Shown here: piece after piece, positions 26,450 to 40,219 of the stretch
Position numbering within the stretch: position 1 is the stretch's first letter
Layout: each line of letters opens with the position of its first letter
Assembly (NCBI RefSeq): GCF_009834535.1
Contig: NC_045696.1
Span: forward strand, 31,932,001-31,996,000
DNA length: 64,000 nt
Direction of reading: 5' to 3'
Source of the DNA: Camelus ferus
Taxonomy: Eukaryota
Made by a program: the position numbers and the translations under genes
Notes under the pieces: model-generated
The model's database searches: none
What the model saw: the letters and a program-made list of their open reading frames with translations, nothing else
Told to the model about the DNA's origin: nothing

Positions 26450-27180
26450 GGTGGATACTTTATACAGCATTTGATAAATTAAATTAAATAAAAGACAAAT
26501 AAAATTCCTAAGTTATCTCCTCATGAGAGGTATAATATGCAGGGATTTGTGAGCTATTGAAGAAATCACTGAGAACAGAATTGCTGAGAACAGAAATCAC
26601 TGAAGACCAAACCCAGATACTGACTTTGCAGCTTACAGAATTACAGATTAGTTGAATTATAGCTGACCATATCTCCTATGTGAAAGTTAGAGCTCTGATC
26701 AGAAAGGACTGGGTTGTTCCTATTTGCTGTGAGGATACTACAGATTAATTGAAAAACAAGAAATAGGCCAATCCCCAAAGTGCCACTGTGCAACCTTTTT
26801 AGAAATGTAGTGTCATCCTTGACTGAAGAACTTCCTAGATGAATAAGAAAGCCAGAAGTTCCTCCCCAGTTGACTACTGAATGACAAGAAAATGGAATAT
26901 ATATTCAACCGGGCCTTGGGTGTAGTAGATTATGATAAAATTTATAAGAGCAAGAAATAAAAATGTTACACAAATAAAGAATTTAAGGATTTGTCCAATT
27001 CTCATCATTAAAACATGAGTGGTAAATTCGTAGAAATAGAATTTGAAAGATCCTCAACCAAGATTGGTGGGACATAATTTTATCACACCTGGAATTAATT
27101 GATATTTAGGGCATAGGAGTCAATTTGCTAATTTTGAAGGAGCCAAAGTGTTTGATGGGCCCATTGCTGACCTGTACTAA
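26450..27180 (+). mobile_element. ERVL/MaLR internal gag-like remnant
   Basis: ctgaagaccaaacccag...gaattacag...gtgaaagttagagctctgatcagaaaggactggg; similar to 14445-14580. Confidence 0.6.
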
Positions 27181-29821
27181 ATGACACAGAAATCAAAACT
27201 CTTGAACTAAAATCCGTGAACTACAGGATTTTATGTAATTGCTCACAGTCTGGCCAAGTGAAGCAGAGCTTGGCAAATAGTTAATGTGGTAGGAGTTTGA
27301 GACAGAGTATATGTTGAGGTTGGCTATTTCAGAACAGGCAAAGAGCCTGAGAAAATTGTATAGTCATTGTAGCCTGTAATTGTAGCCTATAATGGCCAAA
27401 AATTTTAAAAGTGTAAGACATTTTTGCCTACTGAAAAAAATAAGTCTAATAAAAAAATATATCCAATGTAAATAGAGTTCAGAGCCCACCTAGATTGCTC
27501 CAAATTCTCTCTGTATATATGCATGTATTTATATAAATATAGATATAGACATCTATATCATATGTATACATGAAATTACTATATTTTATATTATATATGC
27601 TATTATTATTAATAATAGTCACTATTAAATTATTACATATCTAGACATGTCTCCTCTGAAAAATCTAGATACATAAAGTTAAGTTATACTCCTGTTCGAT
27701 AAATTCAGTGGTCATACTCTTTTTGTCATTCTCTATAAGAGTTTTATAAGTAAAAGTTTTATAAAGAAGTATCATAGGAAAAAAAAGACTCTCTTTGGGG
27801 GAAAAAAAAAACTGTACAATTGAAGGGGCAGAAAGAGGTGTCTACCCAGCCAAAAGAAAGAAAGAAACTCAGAGATCAGCAGCTCTTGGCCGATCCTGAA
27901 GAATGTGAGTAGACAAGGTTGCCTGATTAAGGCAGGTAATTTAGTGGTTTAGGATTTTAAGCTTTGACATTTCACTGCCAATCAAAACCAGGGAGTATGT
28001 ACCCCAACAGCTAGGATCCTTATAATACCTTCAGGGAACAAACTTTTTTTTCCCCTGCAAGAACTTAATCCCTACTCAACTACTTTCTGTGCCAAAGGTT
28101 TCTCTAAGGCTTTAGAGAAAAACGCATACCTTAAAAAAAAAAAAAAAAAGTCATTTAACCATCTTACCCATCTACCCCTATTCAATTCTCTGTGACCTTT
28201 AAAAAGTTGGTTGCACAGTCAGTTATTTTATAAGTCACAGAATGTTCAAATTAATCTTAGGGACAGGCTATTTTATAACTAGTTAAAGGGATAGCAGAGA
28301 ATTTTGAAGTCCTTGTCACCATCTCTACCATAGCAAAAAATGTTATTTTTGGAGCTTACTAAGTAAATTTATTATATTTCAATAAACTCATCTTATAATT
28401 TATAGAAATATGGTAAACAATGGAAAGAATTCTACCTTTTAATGTGGAAATATAAGCTAAGTATAAATTAATAAAAATTATATACAAAGTAGATTTTGCT
28501 GGCTATCACTTAACTTAAATAAAAAGAATCAAGCACATCTCAAATGCCCAGTAAAGTAATTATTATGGAATTTTTGCATCACAGATAATGACTGCTTTTT
28601 TACCAAAAGGTAGAATATATTCCCATTTCAAGGTCCCTCTTAATGCTGACTTGGACATTTGTCTTAAAATTTCTTAACAGTCATAAATGGACCTACCTGT
28701 ACAACCACTTCCCCAGGAAGTGTGGGTTGTTTTTTGATTTTTGTTTTTGGAAAGGATGATAGATATCCAGATAGTATAAAAGAAATCCTTCCCTGATAAG
28801 TATTTTCAACTTTATTTATTTTTTGTGCCAGGAAAAAATCCAGCTTAACATAAGATACTAATTTAGCTCAAGTCTGTCAGTGAATTAAACATATTTCAAG
28901 GCCAAATGAAATACAATTCCATGCATAGGTTTTCTTAGATAAATGACCCCATGACTAAATAATTTGTCTGTTAAAAATTGTTTTCTGAAAAAAATCAGAT
29001 TGTCTTTTAAACCATTTTGTTCTGTCACTTTGAAGAAATAAGATTAGCTAAAATAATTGATGTTACTCGTCAGTTGTCTGCTTGGCCCACACTGATGGAA
29101 CAGACATTAAACTGCTCACTCTAGTCTTTAATATACTCTCCAGTGTACTCTGTTGTTTTCTCCCAGTATATGTACTTCCTGATTCACATTTTGGATTCTT
29201 AAATAGAACAAGAGAAGGGTAGGAGAGGGCTCCTACTTCATTGAATTGCAGGGCATTAAGTGGCAAATAAGCAGGATAGACGACTTAGATCCCAATCTTT
29301 ATAAGGTACACAAACATCACAAGAATGTCATTAACAAATATAAATGGATCCCTGTGCCAAGAAAATAGACTGCAACAGCCGGAAGTAAAACAACACATTC
29401 CCTACAAACATAGTAAAATTTCTTTTGAGAATTTTTAATAACTTCTCAGTCATCAGCAACTGTAAGTGGCCAGGCATATGTAGCAGAAATTTTCAAAAAA
29501 AAAATGAAGATATAGTGCTATTTATTAAAAATTGTTTATTTTTATTAAAGTATAGTTGACTTACAATACTATATTACTTTTGAGTGTCCAACATATTGAT
29601 TTGATACTTTTACAGATTATATACTCTACAAAGTTATTATAATATTATTGATTATATTCTCTGGATTGTACATCTCTGTGACTCATTTATCTTATAACCA
29701 GTAGATTGAACATTTTAATCACCTTCTCTTACTTCATTCCCTACTCTCTTTTCCTCTAGCAAGCACTGGTTTGTTCTCTATATCTGTGAGTCCCTGGTTG
29801 TTTTATTTGTTCATTTGCTTT

Positions 29822-32082
29822 TTAGATTCCACATTTAAGTTATTTTTATACAATATTTGTCTTCTCTGTCTGATTTATTTCACTTAGCATAATACACTTC
29901 AGGTCCATTATGTTGTGTCAAATGTCAAGATTTCATTCTTTCTTATGGCTGAGTAATAATCCATTGTATACATACACCACATAATTTTTATCTCTTTATC
30001 TGTCAATGAACACTTACGTTGCTTCTATATCTTGGCTTTTGTAAATAATGCTACAGTGAACATTGGCATTCATGTATCTTTTTTGCTTAGCATTTTCATT
30101 TTCTTTGGGTAGACACCCAAGATTTGCTGATCTTATGATAATTCTAATTAATTTTTTGAGGAATACTCTAATGTTTTCCATAGTGGCTCTACCAATTTAC
30201 ATTCCAATAGTGCACTAGGGTTCCCTTTCCTCTACATCCTTGCCAACACTTGTTTCTTGTCTTTTTGGTCATAGCCATTCTGACAGGTGTGAAGTGATAT
30301 CTCATGGTGGTTTTGACTTGCATTTTCCTAGTGATGAGTAATGTTGAGCATCTATCTTCTCCTGTGCCTGCTGGCCATCTGTATATGTTCTTTGTAAAAA
30401 TGCCTATTCAGGTTCCCTGCCCATTTTTAATTGAATTGTTTTTTCTTATATTAAGCTGTATGAGTCCTTTATTTTAGATATTAATCCCTTATAAGATATA
30501 TTATTTATAAATATCTTCTCCCATTCAGTAGGTGGTCTTTTTATTTTTTTGAGATTTCCTTTGCTATACAAAAGCTTTTTATTTTGATACAGCCCAATTT
30601 GTTTATTTTTACTTTTATTGCCCTTGCCTGAGATGACAGATGCAAAAACATATTGCTAAGATGAAGTTTTAAAAAAGCATACTGCCTATGTTTTCATTTA
30701 GCTTTATGGTTGCAGGTTTTACATTTAAGTCTCTAACTCTTTGGGGTTTATTTTTCTATATAGTATGAGAAAATGGCATAGTTTCATTCTTTCACATGTA
30801 GCTGTCCAGTTTTCCCAGTAACACTTATTGAAGAGACTGTCTTTTCTTCATTGTATATTCTTCTCTTCTTTGTGGTAGATTAACTGACCATAAGTGTGTG
30901 AGATTATTTCTGGGCTCTCTGTTTGGCTCCATTAACCTAGGTATCTGTTCTTGTGCCAGTATCATACTGTCTTGATTACTACAGCTTTGTAGTACAGTTT
31001 GAAATCAGGGAGCGTGATACCCCTAGCTTTGATCTTTTTTCACAAAATTGCTTTGGCAGTTCAAGGTCTTTTGTGGTTCCATACAAATTTTAGAATTATT
31101 TGTTCTAATTCTGTGAAAAGTGTCATGAGTATTTTGATAGGGATTGAATTGAATCTGTGGATTTCTTTGGGTACTATGGTCATGATAACAATGCTAATTC
31201 TTCCAATTCATGAACATGGTATGCCTTTTCATTTATTTCTGTCATCTTCAGATTCTTTTATCAATGTCTTATAGTTTTCAGAGTACAAGTCTTTCACCTC
31301 CTTGGTTAAATTTATTCCTAGGTATTTTACTCTTTTTATGTGATTGTAAATGGGATTGTTTTCTTGATTTCTGTCTAATAGTTCATTATTAAAGTATAGA
31401 AATGCAACATATTTCTGGATGTTAATTTATATCCTGCAACTTTACAGAATTCATTTACTAGTTCTCATAGTTTATTGGTGAAGGCTTTAGGATTGTCTAC
31501 ATATGCTACATGTTATCTGCAAATAATGACAGCTTTGCTTCTTCCTTTCCAATTTGGATGCCTTTTATCTCCTTTCCTTGCTAATTGCTGCAGCTAGGAT
31601 TTCCAATATTAAAAGTTGTGAGAAGGGGCATGCTTGTCTTGTTCCTGATCTTAGAGGAAATGCTTTCAGTTTTAACCATTGAGTATGTTGTTAGTGGGGG
31701 GGGGGGTTGTCATAAATGGTCTATATTATTTTGAGGTATGTTTCCTCTATATACTTCTTTTTGGGAGTTTTTATCATGAATGGATGTCAAATTTAGTCAA
31801 ATGCTTTTTCTGCATCTATTGAGATGATCATGTGATTTCTATCCTTTATTTTATTAATGCAAATATATCATGTTGATTTATTTGTGGATATTGACCTATC
31901 CCTGCATCCTAGACTAAATCCCACTTGATTAAGATGTGTGATCCTTTTAATTTATTGTTGAATTTGATTTGCTAATATTTTGTTGAAATTTTTGCATCTA
32001 AATTTATCAGGGATATTGGCTTGTGATTTTCTTCTTCCTTCCTTCCTTCCTTCCTTCCTTCCTTCCTTCCTTCCTTCCTTCT

Positions 32083-32126
<44 letters not shown>

Positions 32127-33647
32127 TTTTGTGCCTTTGTTTATGGTATCAGGTTAATGCAGAACTTACAGAATGAGTTTAAAAGTGTTTCCTCCTCTTC
32201 CGTTTTTGGAATAGTCTGAGAAGTATAGGTATTAATTCTTATTTCAATGTTTGGCAGAATTCCTCTGTGAAACTGTCTGCTCCTGGAATTTTGTTTCTTG
32301 AGAGTTTTTTGATTACACATTACATTTCATTACTTGTAGTAGTATGTTCAGATTTTCTATTTCTTCCTGGTTTAGTCTTGGAGTATTTTATGTTTCTAGG
32401 AATTTTTGCCTTTTTTCTAGATTGTCCAGTTTTTTGGCATTTAATTGTTTATAGTATTCTCTTATGACTTTTTGTACATATGTAGTATAGACTATAACTT
32501 CTCTTTCATTTCTAATTTTATTTAATTGTGTTCTCTCTGTTTTTCTCTAGAGTCTGGCTAAAGGTTTATCAATTTTGTTTATTTTTTAAAAATAGCTCTT
32601 TGTTTTACTGATCTTTTCTTTTTCTTTCCTTTTTTAGTCTCTTTTATTTATCTCTGCTCTGATCTATATTATTTCCTTTCTTCTACTAACTTTGGGCCTG
32701 GTTGATTCTTCTTTTTTTAATTCATTTATGTGTAAGTCAGGTTGTTTATTTGAGATTCTTTTTCCTGGAATAAGACTGTATGGCTATAAACTTCCATCTT
32801 AGAAGTGCTTTTTCTATCTCCCAAACATTTTGGAAAGTTGTGTTTATCTTTTCACTCACCTGAAGGTATCTTTTGATTTCCTCAACCCATTAGTTTTTCA
32901 GTAGTAGGTTGCTTTGTCTCCATTCATTTGTTTTCCCCCCTTTTTCCTGAAATTGATTTCTAGTTTCATACCTTTATGGTCAGAAAAGATGCTTGATATG
33001 ATTTCAGTCTTAAATTTACTGATACTTGCTTTGTGACATAACATGTGATCTATCCTGGAGAATTTTCCATGTGCACTTGAAAAGAATATGTATTTTGCTG
33101 GTTTTGGATGGAGTGTTCTAAAGGTATCTAAGTCCATCTGGATCACTGTATTGTTTAAGGCCACTTTTTCCTTATTGATTTTCTGTCTGTATGTTCTATT
33201 CATTGTTATAAGTGGGTGTATTAATTTCTCCTATTCTTATTATATTACCACCAGTTTTCCTGTTAATGTCTATTAATATTTGTTTTATATATTTAGGTGC
33301 TTCTTTGTTATATGCATAAATGTCATACCCTCTTCCTGAATTGACCCTTTTATCATTATAGAGTGCCCGTTCCTCGTCTTTTGTTATAGTCTTTGTTTTA
33401 AAAATCTGCTTTGTCTGATATGGGTATTGCTTTCCCAGCTTTCTTTTTGTTTTCATTTTATAGAATGTCTTGTTCCATCCCTTAAATTTTAGTCTGTGTG
33501 TATCTTTAGCTCTGAAGTGAGCTCCTTATAGGCAGCAGATAGGTGTATCTTTTTTTAAAATCCATTCAGCCACCCTATATCCTTTACTTGATCCATTTAT
33601 TCATTTACATTTATAGTGATTATTGATAGGTATGTACTTTTTGTCAT
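29822..33647 (-). pseudogene. Disrupted L1 ORF2p
   Basis: ATG at 33647 (MTKSTYLSIITINVN); endonuclease motif YIFFSSAHGKFSRIDHML...FSDHKGMKLEIN; many stops. Confidence 0.93.
32031..32129. repeat. Compound (CCTT)n(CTTT)n microsatellite within L1 ORF2
   Basis: Read directly. Confidence 0.98.
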
Positions 33648-34112
33648 TCTGTTACTTTTTTTGGTTGTTCTTATAGTTCTTCTCTATTCTTTTAGTTTCT
33701 TCCTTTGGAGTTTGATAATTTTTTAGTATTATGTTTGGGTTTTTTTTCTCTTTGTTTTTTATATACCTGTGATAGGTTTTTGGTTTGTGGTTACCACAAA
33801 GTTAATATATATCAACCTATATATAATATCTATTTGTTTTAGGCAGATAATTGTTTATGTTCAAATACACTTTAAAAGCTCTACCTTTTTTACTCCCCCT
33901 CACTTTTTATGTTCTTGATATCATATTTTACATCTTTTTCATCACTTAACTACTACTTGTAGTTATAGTTGCTTTTATGACTTTCGTCTTTTAATCTTTA
34001 TACTAACTTATTTAAGTGGTTGATCCACTGATCCACTATATATCTGCTTTTATCATTGCAATATTTTTTCTTCCTATATTTTCTTATTTTTTTTTTATAG
34101 CTTTTTCTTTTT

Positions 34113-34975
34113 TACTTAAAGAGAAGACCTTTTAACATTTCTTGTAAGACCAGTTTAGTGTTGATGAACTCTTAGATTTTGCTTGTCTGGGAAACTCCTT
34201 ATCTCTCATTTGATTCTGAGTGATAACCTTACTGGGTAGAGTATCTTTGGTTGTTTTTTTTTTTTTCCCCTTTTAGCACTATAAATGTATAATGTCACTC
34301 CTTCTGCCCTGCAAAGTTTCTGCTGAAAAATCAGCCAATAGCCCTATGGGGGTTTTCTTACATGTAACTTTTTTTTCTCTTGCTGCCTTTAAAATTATCT
34401 CTGTATCTTTAACTTTGTCATTTTAATTATGATATCTCTTGGTGTGGATATTTTCGGTTCATCTTGATTGGAACCTTCTGTGCTTCTGGATATCTCTTTT
34501 CTTCCACAAGTGATGGAATTTTTCAGCAATTATTTAATCAAATATCTTTGTTGCCCCTTTCTTTCTCTGTTCTCTTTCTGACATGCTTATAATGCAAACA
34601 TTAGTATGTCTGATTTTGTCTCAGAGTTTCCTTAAACTATCTTCATTTTAAAATGCTGTTCTGATTGAGTGATTTCCACTATTCTGTCTGCCAGGTTGTT
34701 TACGTGTTCTGTATTACCTTATCTGCTGCTTATTTTCTCTAGTGTATTTTTTATTTCAATTAATACATTCTTCAGCTGTGATTGGTTCTTTTTTACATTT
34801 TCTAATTCTTCGTTGAAGTTTTCACTGTGTTTATACTCCTGATTTCAGTAACCATTTTTATGATTGTTGCTTTGAACTTTTTATTAGGAAAATTACTTAT
34901 ATCTGTTTCATTAGAGATTTTTGCTGTACCTTTATCTTGTTCTTTCATTTGGAACATATTCCTCTGTCTTCTCAT
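34113..34975 (-). pseudogene. Disrupted L1 ORF1p
   Basis: ATG at 34975 (MRRQRNMFQMKEQDK), homologous to the ORF1 start at 18287. Confidence 0.88.
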
Positions 34976-36419
34976 TTTGTTTTACTCTGTGTTTGTCTCT
35001 TTGAATTAGGTAAAACAGTTACCCCCCCTAGTCTTGAAGGCATTTACTTATTAGGAGCATCACTATGCAGACTGTGTGTGCCCAGTGCCTTTGGCAAGAG
35101 AGCTGGAGCTATAGCCAAGCATAGGCCAAGGCTTTTCCCAGGACATGCTTTGATGTGGAGGTGGAGCAGAGGCTGAAGTCAAAGCCCGGCATCAACTTAT
35201 CTGGAGTTCACTGTAGGCCACTGCCTTGGCAGGAGTGTGCTAGAAATGGAGGAGATAGAGCTGGAACTCGGGACAGACTAGGGCTTCTTTCCGATTATAC
35301 TGGAGACTGCCACCTTGGCAGGGTGGGACTTGCTCCAGAGGTGCTAGATCTTGAGCCAGGTGCCAGCTGGGACTTCTCCCAGGACACACTTGGGGCTACT
35401 GCCTTGGTGGTGTGTTGGAGCCAGAGCCAGATGCCGGCTGAGGGCTGTACTGGAGTGGCCTTCACAGATCTGCTAGAGCAGCAGTTGCTTTTGAATCTGC
35501 TGCCTCTGTGCTGGAACTAAGAGTAAGCTTGTGTATGCTCCCTTGAAGTGTAAAGTATCGGTTGCCTACAACCGTCTACTTCTCCTGGTCCTAATCCTTG
35601 CAGGTTTTCCAAACCAGTTAAGGGGGCTCATCTTTCCAGTGCTCGTCCCCAGAGAGGGCTGGTGTGCCCAATGTGAGGCTTGAATCCCTTTCTCCTTAGG
35701 ACCTCCAAATTTCTGACATCATTTTCCTCTTTTCAATCACCACCAAGGGTGTGGGACCTCACTAGATTACTTCTCTTCCCCTCCTACCCATCTTGGTGTA
35801 GTTTTTTCTTTACATATTTAATTGTGGGAGAGATTCTCTGCTAGTGTTCAGGTTGTTCTTGAAGAGAGTTATTTTATACCTAATTTTAGCTATGGTGTGT
35901 CCATGGGAGGAGGTGAGCTCAGGGCCTTCCTACTCCACCATCATGATTCCATCTCCTCAAAATTGCTTATTTCACTACTGTAATTGAAAATACATTTAAT
36001 ATGTCCTCAAGAAATTTTGCAAAAATAATATCAGTACAAAAGAGTAAAAATAACTTGAAAGAAGTGATAAGTTGTCAACTTAAAAATATATACATAGATC
36101 TCATATTGGTAAAGATAGCAATCAATAAATAAATTTGTTTCTATTTATGGTAATAAATTGACCATATTATCAACTGAAGACACTTTATTTTAGCTTATGA
36201 AATGGGAACATATAGGGCTTGAAAAAGTGACCAAATGTAGACTTTGAGGGAATCTTGAATCCATGTGCTATTCTTCAGAAAATACAAGGGGCTTTCTGTA
36301 GTAGTTTTCCATAAAAGGATGATAATCATGTTTAGAAAGAAAACTTCTAGCCTTGCATTAATGGAATAGAATCCTATGTTTCTAAATAAATGAGAACAAA
36401 ATGGAAACTATTCTTTCTG

Positions 36420-36682
36420 TTTTGGCTTTTGTCAGTCTAAATTTACATATATGTTCATACTTTTGGTGTCATATCTAAGAATTCTGTCAAATTTGAAGAT
36501 TTTCCCTCTGTTTTCTTGTAAGTGTTTGATAATTTAAGCTCTCACATTTAGGTCTTTGATGCACTTTGAGTTAATTATTATATGTAGTGTGAGGTAAGGG
36601 TTCAACTTCTTTCTTTGGCATGTGACTATCCAGTTGTCCAGCCTCATTTGATAAAAATGACTATTTCTTACCCATTGAATGC
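36420..36682 (-). mobile_element. Old L1 ORF2 fragment
   Basis: cttttggtgtcatatctaagaa...catttaggtctttgatgcactttgagttaatt. Confidence 0.85.
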
Positions 36683-37314
36683 TTATATTAATTTTCTAGG
36701 GCTTTTGTAACAAAGTACTACAAATTAGGTGGCAGAGATTTGTTGAAAATGATTCAAATGAAGTGATTTAGGTTCTTGAACTTTATGACATATTCAAGAG
36801 TTTTATGCTCCTGTACACAAATAATAAATATATAGACACAGAGAAATATATCTAAACATCTAGAGAAGAACACTTATTAAAAGACTGATCAAATCATCTT
36901 TAAAAAATGAGGATAAGAAAGACTCCTTCCCTCTTAAATACATTGTTTGGATAAAGGAGAAATATAAACATTACCTGTTTTAAAATGCATGCTTTAGGGA
37001 AAAAAGAAAGTCTCTATACTTGTAATCAAGATATGTATTTTGTGAGTACATGTTTTACTTAGCAGTTTGTTACTTAGTTGTTTTTCATAGTCAAAGAGTC
37101 ATATTCCTTCATATTCTTTCTAACATGATGTAAGAGGCCATACAGGTAAATATTAATAAAGGTTTATATCTTAAAATTATATATATATATCAATTTATAG
37201 GTAGAATAAATTCTCAAAAGTAGAAATGCTATTTCTTATGGTATGTGCTTTTAAAGTTTTCATAAGAGGAAGAGGTTGAATGAATTTAAACTTTAACCAA
37301 TATGTTTCAGAATG

Positions 37315-37520
37315 CTTATATATACCTATATATATATAAATATATATAATGCTTATTTATACCTATATATATATATAAAATATATAAATAATATATATAG
37401 TGTATATATATAATATATATAAATATATTTATAATAATATATATAAATATATATAATATATAAATATATAAATATTATATATATAAATAATATAAATATA
37501 TATATAAAATAATATATAAA
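37315..37520. repeat. (TA)n-rich low-complexity tract
   Basis: Read directly. Confidence 0.95.
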
Positions 37521-37656
37521 AGCCACAGGTTAGTGAAAATTTATATGAAAATATTTATGATAAATAAGATAAAAGAATGTTTTCTTCAATATGTGAAGAT
37601 TTTATGAATAAATAAGTAATAAAATTAAACCAATAGAAAATAAGTAAAGAACATAA

Positions 37657-38047
37657 TGTAATATTGTATTATGTGATTACAATATTTTTTTCTCTCCATG
37701 TTCTTTTCATGTGCCCATACCCTATTGAATTTGGTCTTGACTTGTGACCCACTTTGCCAATGGAATATAAGGGTATATTTTGTCACACCTTAGATGTTCC
37801 CACATCTGAACAGAAGCTTTAGATTTTATTGGGTTTCTTGACAGGGGCCTTCCTGCTCAGCTCTCCAACAGTGAGAACTGCACATTCTAGATAGACCATG
37901 CCTGCAACCTGGGTTTCAAAATGAGTAAACTCAGAGCTCAGCCCAGCAAAGTCAGTATAGACCCACATACTTTGATAACATAAGGAATAAATAAATGTAT
38001 TTTGTTAGAAAACAATGGGTTTATCATGGTAAACCCTGAGTTATACA
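37657..38047 (+). mobile_element. Old MaLR LTR (MLT1H/I/J-like) inserted in an ancient L1ME remnant (~37530-38830)
   Basis: cttgacttgtgacccactttgccaatggaat ... aataaat ... ctgagttataca. Confidence 0.65.
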
Positions 38048-40219
38048 AACATAGACTTCAAGTTCAAAAAAAATAAATACAAATAGCTAGTTAGTATAGG
38101 AAAATACACTCAATTTCACTCATGTTTAGAAAATGAAAATTAAAACAGCAAAGAGACATACTTTTTTTAGTTTATCAAATTACCTAAGATTTATAAACAA
38201 TGTTGAGAGTGCTCTGGGAGAATTAAGCATTCTGAAACATATTGGTTAAAGTTTAAATTCATTCAACCTCTTCCTCTTATGAAAACTTTAAAAGCACATA
38301 CCATAAGAAATAGCATTTCTACTTTTGAGAATTTATTCTACCTATAAATTGAAACATGGACACAAAGATATATGTGAAGTGATACTCATTGCATATTCCT
38401 TTAAATAGTAAAAAAAAAAAAAAAAAAAGCAAAACAATTAAGAAAGATGGGGAAAAAAAAAGAAAATTAAAAGAACAAAGAATTGGTTACATACATAATG
38501 GACAGCTATGTGATAAGAAATAACCGTTTAAAACATAATTGAAAGAATATAGAAGGATATGCTGTTAATTTTAAAAATCAAGTTGCACAACAATGTCCCA
38601 ATAAAACTTCTATTATTTTTGAAACATTCTGATATATACATAGGTATTATCTGGAAATACTAAGAAAATAATTTAAACATTTATATCCTGTGAATTATCT
38701 TGTGAAGTTATTAGTGCCACAGTGAAGCAACTTCTACTTATCACTATTTGCTACTCTATATTGATATTTATACCATATTCTGTATTATTTTCATGATTAG
38801 AAAACCTAATTTAAAAGTTGAATTAAATAAAAATTGATTTTAAAAACGTTTGAGCTGAGTTGATCAATTTGGATCTCACATCAGTGTGCTCACTATCCTG
38901 GACCCATGAGACTCTGCCGCCACCTGTGGCAGAAAGCATAAATTGAAGATAGAAGGCATTAAAAGGAGAAAAACAAGAGAGACAAGGTTTAAGGCTTATG
39001 CGGAGTTGCTATTTGGGCAAACAACCTGGAATCATATGATCCCCTAATTTTGTACTAAAGACAAAATAAATATGTAGATTTACTAATGAATTCAAATCAT
39101 ATTAGGGAAACTAGTAAAACAACGTCTGCAAGATCTTCCCCTAAGTTCCAAATACATGTGCCCCTCACACCAAAAAGGAAAAAAAAAAAGTAAATTGTAA
39201 CTTGCAGCTGGCGTCTCCTTAGTGCGTCTTACATTTTTTTCTAGCCCAGAGGGCTTACCTGTATTATTGATTTAAAATCAAATAAGAGTAGGTCTTCCTG
39301 CTCTTTGCTTCTTAGATTGTGATTTCACATGCAAATGAATTTCAGTGTTTTAACTGGACCAGACAAAAAGTCAGTTAAGAAAAGATATTCATGCAGGTGT
39401 TTGCCCATAGGCGTATGACGTCTATTGCTTTATCCCTTTTATCCCTCTTGGCTAGATTCCCCAGGCCCTGCTGAGTCAGGTTAAGTTAGCTTAGAAAAAT
39501 TTCGATTCTGTGTACCATTCACTGACAGAAGCATTGAGTAATGAATAAAGGGAACCACAGGGAGTAGTTTCAGGCTTCAGTTTCTGTCGTGGAGAAAAAT
39601 TAATCACAAATTGTTAGATACAGGACCATCATTTCTAAAACTATGATTTTAAAGGGCACAATCAGCTAATTGAAGCCAGAAGAGAAATGCTTAAATAATG
39701 TATAAAGTGGAAATCTTGGTGGAAACTACTTTTTAGACATTTTAAAAGTTTTTTTTCCCTTTGTGGCTTGAAACATTCCCAGGAAGTAATGACACAGAAA
39801 AATAACCAGGATAAAGCTGATAAAGAAAAATTGAAGCAAAAATTTCTCAAATACCACAAAAACAGAAATAAACAAGTCAAGTAACTACATAAAACTCATG
39901 TTTATTACATTCTCCATATTATGAATTTTTGGAAGAAAATATGGCATCATAGGCATTCACTTTTTGTCCCATTCTCATCGTTAGCATGATATTTACACAT
40001 AGAACCTAGACACATTTGTGTGTAACTCTTGTCCCAAAAAGAAAGGAGAATGGAGCCAAGTTAAAATAAAGATTCTGCTAGATTTAGGAATGTGCTTTTA
40101 GAATGTTGATCTTTGCCCTCTAGGATTTCAACTTGAGTGTTCTGGGGAGATAATATAATACGGCAAAGGTTGTAGCACTCATAAGGAAACAATGTAATAC
40201 TTCAGTTAAAAGTCATAGA

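Larger units (their letters stand above)
29542..35958 (-). mobile_element. Full-length decayed LINE-1 (~6.4 kb) with 14-bp TSD
   Basis: 5' end gaggagatggaatcatgatggtggagtagg, ORF1, ORF2, 3' UTR; TSD aaaattgtttattt (29528-29541) / aaaattgcttattt (35959-35972). Confidence 0.97.

Noticed and set aside
35155..35520. 121-aa ORF antisense in the L1 5' UTR (ORF0-like position)
   Set aside because: GTG start, GC-rich decayed repeat context, no recognisable homology; best explained by chance.
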